From: Mobula hypostoma
Lineage: Eukaryota
Direction of reading: 5' to 3'
DNA: 64,000 bases
Assembly: GCF_963921235.1 (NCBI RefSeq)
Contig: NC_086097.1
Coordinates: 65,164,001 to 65,228,000 of the forward strand
Shown piece after piece: positions 1-13,358 of this stretch. Numbering within the stretch: position 1 is the stretch's first letter; the number at the start of each line of letters is the position of its first letter. The position numbers and the translations under genes are program-made. The notes beneath the pieces are model-generated. The model did not search any database. It was not told where the DNA came from and saw nothing but the letters and a program-made list of their open reading frames with translations.

Positions 1-199
1 GAAGGAGCACTGATTGATAAACTGAGGGAGTACAGCCAGTAGTAATTGGGTATCCTTGCTCATGTTTAATCTGATGTCACGAAACTTCACAGTGCCTCAA
101 GTTGATGTTGAGCACTTCCAGGGATACTCCATTTCAAACTGTATACCACTGCACCTCCACTGGGTCATTCCTACTAGCTCGAGAAGTGTATCCAACGAT

Positions 200-460
200 T
201 ATGGTGGAGGAGATATTCTAGCGAGATCAGCCAATGAGGGTGTATGGATAGAATTTAGGAATAAGAAAGGGGGGAGTCGCTTTGATGGGGTTATACTAAC
301 ATCCCAATAGTTAATAGGAATTAGAAGACCAATATGGATGCAGATAGCAGAAAGGTGTAAAATCAATAGGGTTGTAATAGAGAGAGATTTTAACCTTCAC
401 AATATTGACAGATTGTTTTAGTGTACAGTATTTAAGTGAGGAGAATTTGTAAAATTAATT
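200..460 (+). mobile_element. Decayed CR1-clade LINE fragment (APE endonuclease region)
   Basis: Broken frames give VWIEFRNKKG and RVVI..DFNLHNID, typical of the CR1 ORF2 endonuclease. Confidence 0.6.
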
Positions 461-634
461 TAAAAAGGACCTTAGGAGCATTGATATACAAAGGGACAAA
501 AGGGTTCTCAAGTCCATAGCTCTAGACATTCAGATTATCTGGCTGGTAACTTAACCATAGTGCCACTGCTTTATCCTGTTATCCATGACATAGAAGCCTT
601 CTGCCATATGTAGGTATATTGAATATTTAAAAAT

Positions 635-1212
635 TTTATTTAGAGATACAACCCTTCTGGCTCTTCGTGTCATACTGTCCAGCAACCCCTGACTTTTTTT
701 TTAAGGCATTCATTAGTCTTGCAAGACCATGGATCTGTGCCTAGAAAGTCTTCACTCTCCAGGGCGCAGGCCTGGGCAAGGTTGTATGGAAGACCGGCAG
801 TTGCCCATGCTGCAAATCTCCCCTCTCCACGGCACCGATGTTGTTCAAGGGAAGGGCAAGGACCAGTACAGCTTGGCAATAGTGTCGTCGCAGAGCACTG
901 TGTAGTTAAGTGCCTTGCTCAAGGACACAACACGCTGCCTCGGCCGGGGCTCGAACTCACAACCTTCAGGTTGCTAGTCAAATGCCTTAACCACTTGGCC
1001 ACGTGCCCATCCCTGATTTAACCCTAGCCTAATCATGGGACAATTTACAATGAACCTACTAACTAGTATGTCTTTGGACTGTGGAAGAAAACCAGAATAC
1101 CCAGGGAAAACCCACATATTCCATGGGGAGAACATATAGATTCCTTACAGGTGACATCGGAACTGAACTCTGAACTCAAGTGCCTTGAACTGTAATAGTG
1201 TCGCACTAACCC
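635..1212 (-). mobile_element. HE1/V-SINE-like element interrupted by a second SINE
   Basis: V-domain-like text gtctttggactgtggaagaaaaccagaatacccagggaaaacccac; colinear with uninterrupted copies near 15000-15290 and 46283-46572. Confidence 0.65.
693..1008 (-). mobile_element. tRNA-derived CORE-like SINE with A-rich tail
   Basis: Minus strand: A box TGGCCAAGTGG, B box GTTCGAGCC, CORE-like gtgtccttgagcaaggcacttaac, A tail; flanks acccctga (685-692) and atccctga (1009-1016) form a 7/8 TSD. Confidence 0.8.
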
Positions 1213-2229
1213 TATATCCATCTGAGTGCACTACTTTGAGAGCTACTGCATCACGATGATAGTACTAGATAATGCCATCAATTTTGAGAAAATGGGATTA
1301 ATGTTTGTCCAAAAAGGTGGAATCCATATCAGTACAATAGATGCAAAGATTTTATATCATTCCTGTATGCTTCAAAAAGAGATGATGTAATTCAGCTTGG
1401 AGACGAGTCACTAAACGAATTGGCATTGCAGGAGCAGGGCCAAGAGCAGAAAGATAAGCTTTCCTTCAGAATTAACATGCTAGCCCCTGATATCATTGAG
1501 AAGGAGGGCAACTTTAGAGTCTCTCCCTTCTGTTGGCTATGTAATCACCCATCTGGTGAAGTGCAGTCAGATGGACTGACCAGACAAGACAGAACTGCAG
1601 AGCTTCAATGTGATCTTCTGGCTGTGAGCTCTCTCAGCTCTGTCTATTGCACAGTATTTCTGCTGGTTTACATACTTTGTCCTGAATGCGGAATGCAGCA
1701 CAATTGGTTGAATTGCCATGAGCAGAAACAGAATGTATTGTTCAGCACAGGAGGGTAGTAATGGCTGACTGTGCAATCACAGTAACATTAAAGACCATCA
1801 TATTCTTATGAAGCCCAACTTTTCTGATTTCTTCGTAATACATTCTGATTCCTCCTCCATATAAGAGAGGATGAAGTACAAATCAGCTGAATGCTATTGT
1901 AAGCAGAGACATCTTCCCTCAAGTGCTGATGCAGTCAAGCAGCTCCAATATTTCACCCATGCCAAGGAAATCACCCAAGGTATGTGAGCTCCTATTGCTC
2001 ATGCCTGCATGACACTCAATCCAATAACATGGTTCATCACAAAAATATGTTCTCAGTCTGCATTCGATTCCTCAGTAGAGTATCCTGAAATCACTAGTCA
2101 AACTCCTTCAAAATAATTACATCTGTGAGATTCATTTAACATGTGACCCACTGAATTTGAGATTACTGTGCGTTCTTCCTTCATGGGCACTCTCTTACAG
2201 CTGAGGCAATTTGCCTTTACTCCTAACCT

Positions 2230-2870
2230 GGGGGTTCTGAGGTGGACAAATAAGTTAATTTGGAGCTGTAGATTCTGCCACAGTTGGGGTAGATGGTTCT
2301 TGAAGAGATGGATGGGTAAGTGGGTCAGGTAGGAGATAGTGTTTTTCTTCTTTTGTTTATACTGACTTCTTGTGCACACCCAATGTATGGATTTGAAATG
2401 CTCAGTGCCATTCCATATAACCTTTCTTCATTTTGAGCATCGAAAGCCCTGGATTCCTAAGAGTCTGTAAATGAGTTACATTCTATCAGGATGTCTGGTA
2501 GTCTCCTGCCATGACATAGTTCAGAGCAGAGTGCCATTTTCTGACGTGAACAAGGTGACCTGCTCATTGAAGCTGGCTAGTGTGGAATTGGAAGATTTTG
2601 TGAAGACTCTGTTGGCATGTAAAATGATAGTGTTCTGAGATGGCTGCTAGGAAGGAGTCTCTGTCTAAAGTGTGTGCCGAAGAACCGGAGCCATTGCTGA
2701 CAAATAGACAATGAACTTGGTCTTGATCTATAAATATTCTTTTCCCATAAACAGCCGAAGCCGCATGCTCCACCTGTCTTGCTCATCCTTCATGATGCCG
2801 ATATGCAAGGTGGTGATGGGTAGAGTCAGGCATCATCTTTATCATGACATTCCACCCCTCCTCTCACATT
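2230..2870 (-). mobile_element. Decayed RTE (BovB-like) LINE 3' fragment
   Basis: Minus-strand remnants KRIFIDQD, LCSELCHGRRLP and a terminal PNCGRIYSS..LFVHLRT zinc-finger-like motif, as in the RTE C-terminus. Confidence 0.6.
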
Positions 2871-3074
2871 TTACTGTGACTGCCATTGCTCCAAATCCAC
2901 TTCCTCCAAGAACGGCAGTAATTATGCTGGGAGTAAATAATGTTTGTTTCCTCAAACCCAACAAAGACAAAAGTTTAAGAAAAATGTATGAAAAGCTCTA
3001 ACGAAACCAACTTTTATCAGACAGGTTGACAAAAGTGTTTAAATTCAATCAATCACAGTGATGGGTTAATATTT

Positions 3075-3740
3075 GATAAGACCATATGACATAGGAGCAT
3101 AATTAGGCCACTTGGCCCATCGAGTCAGCTCCATCATTCCATCATGGCTGATTAATTATCCCACTCAACCCCATTCTCCTGCATTCTCCTTGTAACCTTA
3201 GATGACCCGACTAAGAACGAACATATTAACCTCCACTTTAAATATGAAGAAATGTAGTCCCCTTTTATTGTCATTTAGGAATGCATGCATTAAGAAATGA
3301 TACATTATACTCAATGATACTCATATACTCAATGACTTGGCCTCCACAGCTGTCTGTGGCAATGAATTCTACAGATTCACCACCCTCTTGCTAAAGAAAT
3401 TCCTCCTCATCTGTGTGCTAAATGGATATTCCTTTATTCTGAGGCTATGCCCTCTGGTCCTGGAATCACCCACTGTGGGAAATATCCTCTCTACATCTAC
3501 CCTATCAAGGCCTTTCAATACTCAATAGGTTTCAATGAGATCCCTCTTCATTCTTCTAAACTCCAGCAAGGACAGTCCCAGAGCCATCAAATGTTCCTCA
3601 TACATTAACCCTTTCATTCCCAGAATAATTCTCGTGAACTTCCTCTTGACCGTTTCCGATGCCAGCAAATCTTTTCTCAGGTAAATGGCCCAAAACTGCT
3701 CATAATACTCCAAATGCTTTATGACCAATGCCTTATGAAA
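3075..3740 (-). mobile_element. CR1 LINE 3' end with a short foreign tail inserted at about 3246-3305
   Basis: ORF remnant HLEYYEQFWAIYLRKD..LGLSLLEFRRMKRDLIETY and a CR1-type 3' UTR; the insert matches the tail at 32175-32230 in reverse orientation. Confidence 0.8.
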
Positions 3741-3864
3741 CACATTATGCACATTACAGCATTTTAGATTTATGGGGTTTATTTATGAGCATATTAGTAT
3801 TTGTGGGGATGAAAGCAGGGCATACATGTTTGTTGGTGTTTATATGCATAAGAAAAAAAGACTC

Positions 3865-4095
3865 TGGTGTGTGTGTGTAATTGCAAGTGAGAGAGCAAAT
3901 ACATGCACATGTGAGTGAAATAGAGGGTGATTACGCATGTGTATGTGTAAGAGTGAGAGGGAGAGAGAGACAGAGCACAATGTGGGTGTACGTATATGAA
4001 TGAAAGAGAGTGAAATGTATGTATATGGAGGCGGCTTGTGTGACAGAAATGCAGATTGTGGAAATGTGTGTGTCAATGAGTGTGAATGTGTGTCA
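3865..4095. repeat. Degenerate (TG)n/(GA)n microsatellite-rich tract
   Basis: Runs of gtgtgtgtgt and gagagagaga with interruptions. Confidence 0.75.
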
Positions 4096-4939
4096 TGGTC
4101 AGCAAAAGTATAAGTGAGTAGTAAATAAGAGTGCTGTAGAACTGTGTGATATGTCTACTGTAATCCTGTTTTTCCTATTTACTATGCACTATGCACTAGG
4201 TGTCACTCTGAGTCAACCACCTTCTGCCCTCCTTGTGAGTATCCTGGCCAAGTATGTATGGATGACATTCCTCCCTTAATACCCACAGGTCTTTCTCAAA
4301 GAACCTCACTTTCCTTTACATCGACTTCATAGCAAACATTCTGTGATTTGCTGCTTTCTGGCTGCAACGAGGAGTTGGACTTTGCTCTGTGATTGGACAG
4401 CAAATTGCCCAAATGCATCCATGGGGACCTGAATTAGCTGCACATAAGGAAACTTGGCATTGAAAACATGATACTCACATGGGGAATTAATATCACAAGC
4501 TTTTCTGATTTGATAATGATATGTTAGTACTCTTTCAGAAAATACTAAAACAACTCAAACTGATAAATTAAGCCTTACGTACACATTGGTCATTATGAAT
4601 TGTAAAGGCATATGCCTCACTAAATTGCTCCAATGGCAGCATTTACAACTGATAGCAGCAATAAAAAATTCCTGTTGGCTGAAACTTTTATTTTGTTATG
4701 ATATATATCTGTAAACACTAAACACCGATCACAGGAACATGTCAGAACAGATATAACACATTTTATGGCAGATGGAACTGAGCAATTGAATCCTGCCACC
4801 GAATTGCTCAGGGCCTTTACATAGATTTATTCCTTTTCTCATGCCTAAGTGCTAACCTCTAACAGATGATTACATAGTGCCTGCCTGAGCATGTCCATTC
4901 TAAACTGGAAATTTAATTTATTAGACTGTTATCATGCTG

Positions 4940-7188
4940 TTGCAAGAAGCATAAGGTTGTTATAATAGGTAACCTTAACTTTCCACATATTTACCTGGGC
5001 CAACCATATTGTAGAAGGACTAAATGGAATAGTGTTTGTCAAATGTGTAGAGGAAAGTTTCCTTAATCAGTATGTAGAAGTCCCAACGAGGGAGTGCATA
5101 ATACTTGATCTATTATTAGGGAACAAGACAAGACAGGTAACAAAAGTTTGTGTAGGGGAACACATTGCATCTTGTGATCACAATGCCATTAGTTTCAAAG
5201 TAAATATGCAAAAACTTAGGCCTGGTCCACGGGTTGAGATTCTAAATTGGAGAAAGGCCAATTTTGATGGTATCAGAAGAGATCTGACAAGTGTGTGGAT
5301 TGGGACAGGCTGTTTTCTGGCAAAAATGTACTTGGTAAGTGGGAGGCCTTCAAAAGTGAAATTTTGAGAGTACAGAGCTTGTGAGCATCTGTCAGAATAA
5401 AAGGTAATGATAACAGGTGTAGGAAACCTTGGTTTTCAAGAGATATTGAGGCCCTGGTTAAGAAAAAAAGGAGGTTCACAGCTGGTATAGGCAGGTAGGA
5501 ATAAATAGGTCGCTTACAGAGTATAAAAAATGCAAGAGAACACTTAAGAAGGAAATCAGGAGGGCTAAAAGAAGGCACAAGGTTGCCCTAGCAGACAAGG
5601 TGAAGGAGAATCCTAAGGGCTTCTGTAGATATATTAAGAGCAAAAGGATAGCAATGGACAGAATTGGTCCTCTGGAAGATCAAAGTAGTAATCTACGCGT
5701 GAAGCTGAAAGAGATGGGGGGAGGTCTTAAATGGATTATTTGCATCTGTATTTACTTGGGAGATGGATGCAATGTCTACAGATATGAGGCAATGCAGCAG
5801 TGAGGTTATGGACCTATACAGATTACAGAGGAAGGGTGCTTGCTGCCTTGAGGCAAACTAAGGTGTTCCCTCGGACCCTGTGGGAGGCTAGTGCAGAAAC
5901 TGCAGGTGCCCTAAAAGCAATATTTAAAAGCAACAAAATGCTGGAGGAACTCAGCAGGACAGGCAGCATCTATGGAAAAAGGTATCGTCAACATTTCGGG
6001 TCAAGACCTTTCATCAGTTCTGGGCAGTGGATTTTGTCTACGTGGACTTCAGTAAAACATTTGACAAGGTCCCACATGGGAGGTTGGCCAAGAAGGTTCA
6101 GTCGCTTGGTATTCAAGATGAGGTAGTAAACTGGATTAGACATTTGCTTTGTGGGCAAGTGGTAGTACATGGTTGCCTCTCTGACTGGAGGCCTGTGATT
6201 AGTGGAGTACCACAGGGATTGGTGCTAGGTCCATTGTTGTTTGTCATCTATATTGTCGATTTGGATGATAATGTGGTTAACTGGATGGATCAGCAAATTT
6301 GTGGATGACACCAAGATTGGGGGTATAGTGGACAATGAGGAAGGCTATCATGCTTGCAGTGGGATCTGGACCAGCTGGAAAAGTGGGCTGAAAAATGGCA
6401 GATGGAATTTAATGCAGACAAGTGTGAGGTGTTGCACTTCTGTAGGACCAACCAGGACAGGTCTTACACAATGAATGGTAGGGTACTGAGGAGTGTGGAA
6501 GAGCAAAGAGATCAGAGAATACAGGTTCAGAATGAATTGAAAGTGGTGTCACAGGTTGATAGGGTTGTAAAGAAAGCCTTTGGCATATTCGCCTTCATAT
6601 ATCAAAATACTGAGTACAAGAGATGGGATGTTTTGTTGAAGTTGTATAGGTATTGGTGAGGCCTAATTTGGAGTACTGTGTGCTGTTTTGGTCAACTACC
6701 TCCAGGGACGATGTAAATAGGTTGAAAGGGTACAGAGAAAATTTACAAGGATGTTGCCTGTTCTGTAGGAGCTGAGATATAAAGAAAGATTGAATAGGTT
6801 AGGACTTAGAGGAGCTTTGATAGAGTTTTGCAAAATTATGAGGGGTATAAATAGGGTAAGTGAAAGTTTTTCACTGAGGTTGTGTGGGACTGCAACTAGA
6901 GGTCATGGGTTAAGGATGGAAGGTGAAAAGTTTAAGGGAACATGAGGGGAAATTTCTTCACTCAGAGGGTCGTGTGAGTGTAGAATGAGCTGCCAACGCA
7001 AGTGGTGCATATGAGCTCAATTTCAACAATTCAGAAGTTTGGATAGGTACATAGATGGTAGGGGCATAGGGGGCTATGGTCCTGGTGCAGGTCAATGGGA
7101 GTCGGCAATTTGAATGGTTTGGCATGGATTAGATGAGCTGAAGGGCCTGTTTCTGTGCTGTACTTTTTAATGTCTCTATGACTCTATA
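4940..7188 (+). mobile_element. CR1 LINE, 5'-truncated ORF2 pseudogene with 3' UTR
   Basis: ILDLLLGN and CDHNAISF (APE end); [33 protein letters not shown] (RT); tail ending tctatgactctata. Confidence 0.9.
5930..6020 (-). mobile_element. Penelope terminal-repeat fragment with degenerate hammerhead motif, inside the CR1
   Basis: Reverse complement reads CTGATGA-aggtcttgaccc-GAAA-tgttgac; resembles the repeat at 38820-38922. Confidence 0.7.
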
Positions 7189-8067
7189 AATCTAGTTCAC
7201 ATAGTAGTTGAAATTTCAATTTACTGATCGCAAAAACATGACTCCCGAGTTCTACAGTTTTCCAATAAAAAACTTTTATAATATATATTTATTTATGAGT
7301 ATAAGTATTTCATAGTTGCAGGACATAGAACATCTTTCAACTATTGCATTTATTTTACTTTCCATGGGCTAGCTATCAGGTGAAATATATTAAGCAATAT
7401 GACCTTTCTGATTAATGATGAGTTTCAAACTGTAGCATACATTGCTCCCCTTCACTTTACAGCAGTGACACACTGATTGAAAAAAACACTGATCCAAAAG
7501 GAATATATCAAGTCAGAAACTGATAAGGCTGACGTTTCTTCAAAGGTAGAGGCAGCTTCCAATATAAACATCACATGCTAACAAATAACCCAATACTTTA
7601 AAACCAGGTACATTTTGGTAAAGTGAATGTTCAACTGGAATTTTTTTGTTAGGGGATACCAGATGTTCTGTCCTTCTAAGGACACCCAGTAATTTGTTTG
7701 GAGAAACATCAATATTTTGAAATTCTGCCTTAATTAATTACAGATGTCTTTCGGATAATCCAGCATTAACTTGAAAGAACATAATTATCCTACAGCACAA
7801 TTGGTTAATCTGGACTCTATGCACTCTGGCCTGTCCTCCAAATTTACAGAATGCATTTAACTTAGAGCAAGTGATCCTCCACATTCAACAAACATTATAT
7901 TGGCATACTGGGTTTAGCGAGGTACAATTTCAACATCTAGCTAATACCAGACTTCTGTGCATGCACATTGCAGTGCAGCAGTACAGAACACACCAGTGCA
8001 TCTGACCACTGCACGGAACAATGGGGAACAGCATAAATATATTGAGCTGAGGCCTTTGGTTTTCCAA

Positions 8068-8168
8068 TGTAGAAACATAGAAAATAGGTGCAGGAGTAGG
8101 CCATTCGGCCCTTTGAGACTGCATCGCCACTCAGTACGATCATGGCTGATTATTCAACTCAGAACCCT
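8068..8168 (-). mobile_element. CR1 3' UTR tail (left part of an element split by the L1)
   Basis: tagaaacatagaaaataggtgcaggagtaggccattcggccc tail; continues at 12119 after the L1. Confidence 0.8.
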
Positions 8169-11100
8169 TTTCTTTCTTTCTTTCTTTTTAAATCTTTTTA
8201 TTGAGTAAGTATACAAAAAAGGTAAGCCATATAAACATTAATACAATGTTAAAGTATAATAAAATTCCAAAAGATAACAATACCAAAAAGAAAATACTAC
8301 AAACAATGTAATTTAAGCATAAGAAACCAAGATAACATAATAGTATACTAGATTTTATATATATCAATGGAAAAAAAGAAAAAAAAACCCCCCCAAAAAA
8401 AACCCACCGTGCAACTAACTAAAAGCAAAGCAAAGCAATGGGCTAACTTGAAACCAAACAGAGTTAAACTTAAAATCACGTCCTCAATCCCGACCTCCAT
8501 TAAAACAGTGAAAAAAAACAAGAAGGGTAAATATTACATTAAATGAAAATATCGAATAAAAGGTCCCCAAATCTGTTCAAATTTAAATGAAGAATCATAA
8601 AGGTTACTTCTAATTTTCTCCAGATTCAAACATAAAATCGTCTGAGAAAACCAAAAAAAGGTAGTTGGAGCATTAAGCTCTTTCCAATGTTGTAAAATAC
8701 ATCTTTTCGCCATTAAAGTAAGAAATGCAATCATTCTACGGGCTGAAGGGGAAAGATTACTAGAAATTTTAGGTAGTCCAAAGATAGCAGTAATAGGGTG
8801 AGGAGAGATATCTATATTTAATACCTTAGAAATAATATTGAAAATATCTCTCCAAAAAGTTTCCAAAGTAGGGCAAGACCAAAACATGTGAGTTAAAGAG
8901 GCTATCTGCCCCGAACATCTATCACAGAAAGGATTAATATGCGAGTAAAAACGCGCTAACTTATCTTTGGACATATGTGCTCTATGCACCACTTTAAATT
9001 GAATTAGGGAATGTTTAGCACAAATAGAGGAAGTATTAACTAATTGTAAAATCTGCCCCCAATCATCCACAGAAATGGTAAGCCCCAATTCCTGTTCCCA
9101 ATCTACCCTAATCTTATCAAATGGAGCTTTCCTGAGTTTCATAATAATATTATAAATCATAGCCGATGCACCTTTCTGACATGGATTAAGGTTAATTATC
9201 GAATCTAAAATATATATAGGAGGAAGCATTGGAAAGGAAGGAAGTATAGTACTTAGAAAATTTCTAACTTGTAAATATCTAAAAAAATGTATTCTTGATA
9301 GGTTATATTTATTAGATAATTGTTCAAAAGACATAAGGGAACCATCTAAAAATAAATCCAAAAACCGTAAAATACCCTTAGTCTTCCAAGTTTGAAAAGC
9401 GCGATCCGTAAAAGAGGGAGGAAAAAATGTTACCTAAAATAGGAATCGCTAACCCGAATTGATTAAGATCAAAAAATTTTCTGAATTGAAACCAAATACG
9501 CAAAGCATATTTAACGATCGGGTTAGAGACCTGCTTAAGGCGTTTCGAATCAAAAGGAAGAGATGAACCTAAAATAGAACCAAGTGTATAACCCTGAACA
9601 GATTGTAATTCCAATGCTACCCATTTAGGAATAGATAGTATATCCCGGTCAAGTAACCAAAATTTCATATGTCGAATATTAATAGCCCAATAATAAAATC
9701 TAAAGTTAGGTAATGCTAAACCTCCATCTCTCTTAGCTTTCTGTAAATGTATTTTACCCAGTCTCGGATTCTTATTCTGCCAAATAAATGAAGAAATTTT
9801 AGAGTCGACTTTATCAAAAAAAGATTTAGGAACGAAAATTGGTAATGCCTGAAACACATATAAAAATTTTGGCAAAAAAAACATCTTAACTGCATTAATA
9901 CGACCAATCAAAGTTAAATATAAAGGAAACCATTTAGATGAAAGTTGAGTAATATGGTCTATTAATGGTAAAAAGTTAGTCTTAAATAAATCTTTATGTT
10001 TACAAGTAATTTTAATCCCAAGATATGAAAGGTAATTATTAATCAATTTAAATGGAAATTTATAATATAAGGGAAGATGTTTATTAATCGGAAAAAGTTC
10101 ACTCTTACTAAGATTTAATTTATAACCTGAGAAAAGACCAAATTGTGCTAATAACTCTAAAACAGCAGGAATAGATCTCTCAGGATTAGAAATATATAAA
10201 AGTAAATCATCAGCATAGAGTGATAATTTATGGGACTTTAATCCCCGAGTTATCCCAGTAATATTTGAAGATTCTCGAATAGCAATTGCAAGAGGTTCTA
10301 ATGCAATATCAAATAATAGGGGACTAAGAGGACAGCCTTGTCGAGTACCACGAAAGAGAGGAAAAAAAGGTGAGTTTAAAGAGTTAGTACGAACCGAGGC
10401 TACAGGGGAGTGATATAACAGTTTAATCCAGGATATAAATTTCAGGCTAAAATTAAACATTTCAAGCACCTTAAATAAATAAGGCCATTCTACTCTATCA
10501 AAAGCTTTCTCGGCATCTAAAGAAATAACACACTCAGGAACATTTTGTGAGGGAGTATAAACGATATTTAACAATGTACGAATATTATAAAAAGAGTAAC
10601 GACCTTTAATAAAACCCGTTTGGTCTTCCGAAATAATAGAAGGAAGTACTTTTTCTAGTCTATTTGCTAATAACTTAGAAAAGACTTTAGAATCAACATT
10701 TAATAAAGATATTGGTCTATAAGATGCACATTGAGCAGGGTCTTTATCCTTCTTTAGTATTAAAGAAATTGATGCTCTATTAAAAGATTCCGGAAGTTTA
10801 CCAAGTTTCAAAGAAGCCTCAAAAACCTTATAGAGCCAGGGAATCAATAAAGAAGCAAAACATTTATAAAATTCAACGGTAAACCCATCAGGGCCAGGAG
10901 CTTTCCCCAGATTCATAGAAAAAATAACATTCTTAATCTCATCCATTGTAATGGAAGTATCTAATAAAGAAGACATATCCTGTGAAATCTGAGGAAAGTC
11001 TAACTTATCTAGAAAATCATTCATATATTTAGAATCTCGAGGAGACTCTGATTGATATAAAGAAGAATAAAAATCACAAAAGGTTTGATTAATCCCCACA

Positions 11101-12118
11101 TGATCCAATATCAATCGATCATTTTGGTTATAAATCTGATTGATTTGAGATTTAACATAATTAGATTTCAATTGATTAGCCAGCAGCTTGCCAATTTTAT
11201 CACTGTGAACATAAAAATCACTTCTTGTTTTCTTTAATTGGTTTACAATCGAGGACGAGAGTAGTAAACTGTGTTCCATTTGAAGTTCAGTTCTTTGTTT
11301 GTATAGCTCCTCAGAAGGAGCCATAACATATTTCTTATCAATTTCTTTAATCTTGTCCACAATTGCCATCTCCTCCTGCTTCTGTTTCTTCCTCAAAGCA
11401 ACGGAATACGAAATAATCTGACCCCGAATATAGGCTTTAAAAGTGTCCCAAAGAGTGTTAACCGAAATATCTTCTGTATGGTTAATTATAAAAAAAGCTC
11501 AATCTGTTCATTCATAAAATTAACAAAGTCCGAGTCCTGAAGCAACAGCGAATTAAAACGCCATTGTCTATTGTTTGGTATATTGGCCATAATTTTAATA
11601 GAAAGCTTAAGTGGAGCATGATCCGAAATGGTTATAGAATCATAATCACATTTAACCACTGAAGGAATGAGACGAGAATCAATAAAAAAATAATCAATTC
11701 TTGAATAGGAATGATGAACATGTGAAAAAAAGGAAAAATCTTTTTCCTGAGGATGCAGAAAACGTCAAATATCCGTCGACCCAGAATCAGAAAGGAAAAA
11801 ATTAATCAAATTTGCAGATTTATTAGGTAAAGTCCGTAAAGGAGCCGAACGGTCCAAAGCTGGAGATAAACAGGTATTAAGATCTCCGCCCCAAATCAAT
11901 GAAAACTCGTTCAAATTCGGAAACTGATCAAACAATGATTTATAAAATTCCGGACAATCCATATTAGGAGCATAAACATTAACCAAAACTACTTTTTTAT
12001 TAAATAGTAAACCACTAACCAATAAAAATCTACCATTCGGATCAGAGATAATATCCTGTTGTATAAAAGTAACTGAGGAATCTATAAAAATAGAGACGCC
12101 TCGAATCTTAGCATTGGA
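8169..12118 (-). mobile_element. Young 5'-truncated L1-clade LINE (APE, RT, CCHC), near-intact ORF2
   Basis: VNVYAPN, GGDLN, SRIDYF, SDHAP (APE); GKAPGPDGF, YRPISLLN, SLDAEKAFD, GTRQGCPLSP, LYADD (RT); CDRC..THMFWSC knuckle; AATAAA plus (AAAG)n tail; perfect 13-bp TSD aactcagaaccct at 8156-8168 and 12119-12131. Confidence 0.95.
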
Positions 12119-12668
12119 AACTCAGAACCCTGTACATGCCTTCTCTCCATACCCCCTGATCCCTTTAGTCACAAGGGCCATATCTAACTCCATCTTAAAT
12201 ATAGCCAATGAACTGGCCTCAACTGTTTCCTGTGGCAGAGAATTCCACAGATTCACCACTCTGTGTGAAGAAGTTTTTCCTCATCTTGGTTCCTAAAAGG
12301 CTTCCCCTTTATCCTCAAACTGTGACTCCTCGTTCTGGACTTCCCCAACATTGGGAACAATCTTCCTGCATCTAGTCTGTCCAATTTCTTTAGAATTTTA
12401 TACATTTCTATCAGATCCCCCCTCAATCTTCTAAATTCCAGAGAGTATAAGCCTAGTTGATCCACTCTTTCATCATATGAAAGTCCTGCCATCCCAGGAA
12501 TCAATCTGGTGAACCTTCTTTGTACTCCCTCTATGGCAAGAATGTCTTTCCTCAGAGTAGGGGACCAAAACTGCACACAATACTCCAGGTGTGGTCTCAC
12601 CAAGGCCTTGTACAACTGCAGCAGTACCTCCATGTTCCTGTACTCGAATCCTCTTGCTATGAATGCTA
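12119..12668 (-). mobile_element. CR1 LINE 3' fragment (right part of the split element)
   Basis: LYKALVRPHLEYCVQFWSP..LEFRRLRGDLIEMYKI. Confidence 0.9.
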
Positions 12669-12804
12669 TTTATGTGGTACTGTATCATTCACTTGATTGG
12701 GTACGCTGACTTGAATGAAAATGCACTGTACAGGTGAAAGCTTTTGTTTTATTTTACATATGAATTAAAAACATTACATTTTCATACTTCCAAATTTCTT
12801 CGTG

Positions 12805-13060
12805 ACATAGTAGGAAACCATTCAACCCAGTGAATCTATGCTACTTTTCAGAGAAATCCTATCAATCCCTTTCTCTCACTTAGTTCCCTGCAATCTGTTA
12901 TCCAGCAACTGCCCAGTAACAAAACCGATTCTCTGACCACCCACTACAAACAGGGACAATTTAGTTGCTGAATCACTCACAACCACCATGTCTTTGTGTC
13001 ATGGGAGGAAACTGGTGCACCTAGGAGAAACCTGCATGATCAAAGGGAGAATATACAGGG
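12805..13060 (-). mobile_element. Degenerate V-SINE-like element
   Basis: atgtctttgtgtcatgggaggaaactggtgcacctaggagaaacctgc V-domain-like text. Confidence 0.5.
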
Positions 13061-13358
13061 TCATATTATCTTCACAGATGCTGCCTGACCTGCGGCACTC
13101 CTCCAGAAATTTGCTTTCTGATCAACATCCTATCAGGTTTGAGATAAGCAACATCTAGCCAAGGACTTTCCCTCTTGACCATACTTCCTTATATGTCAGT
13201 GGATTAAGTGTATTCTCTGCTGAAAAATACTGGCTCACATTGTCTAGGGTGCATTTGATTTGTAACTTTCTACCACGGTTCTTCTGTATTGATGATGGGA
13301 ACTTCAGCCTCACAGTTTCTGGAGCATTACAATTTACTGTCAAATACATTACACTTAC

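Noticed and set aside
1..13358. Next slc25a21 exon (FFTFEQYKK-like)
   Set aside because: Not found by eye; probably beyond the window, though a short diverged exon could have been missed.
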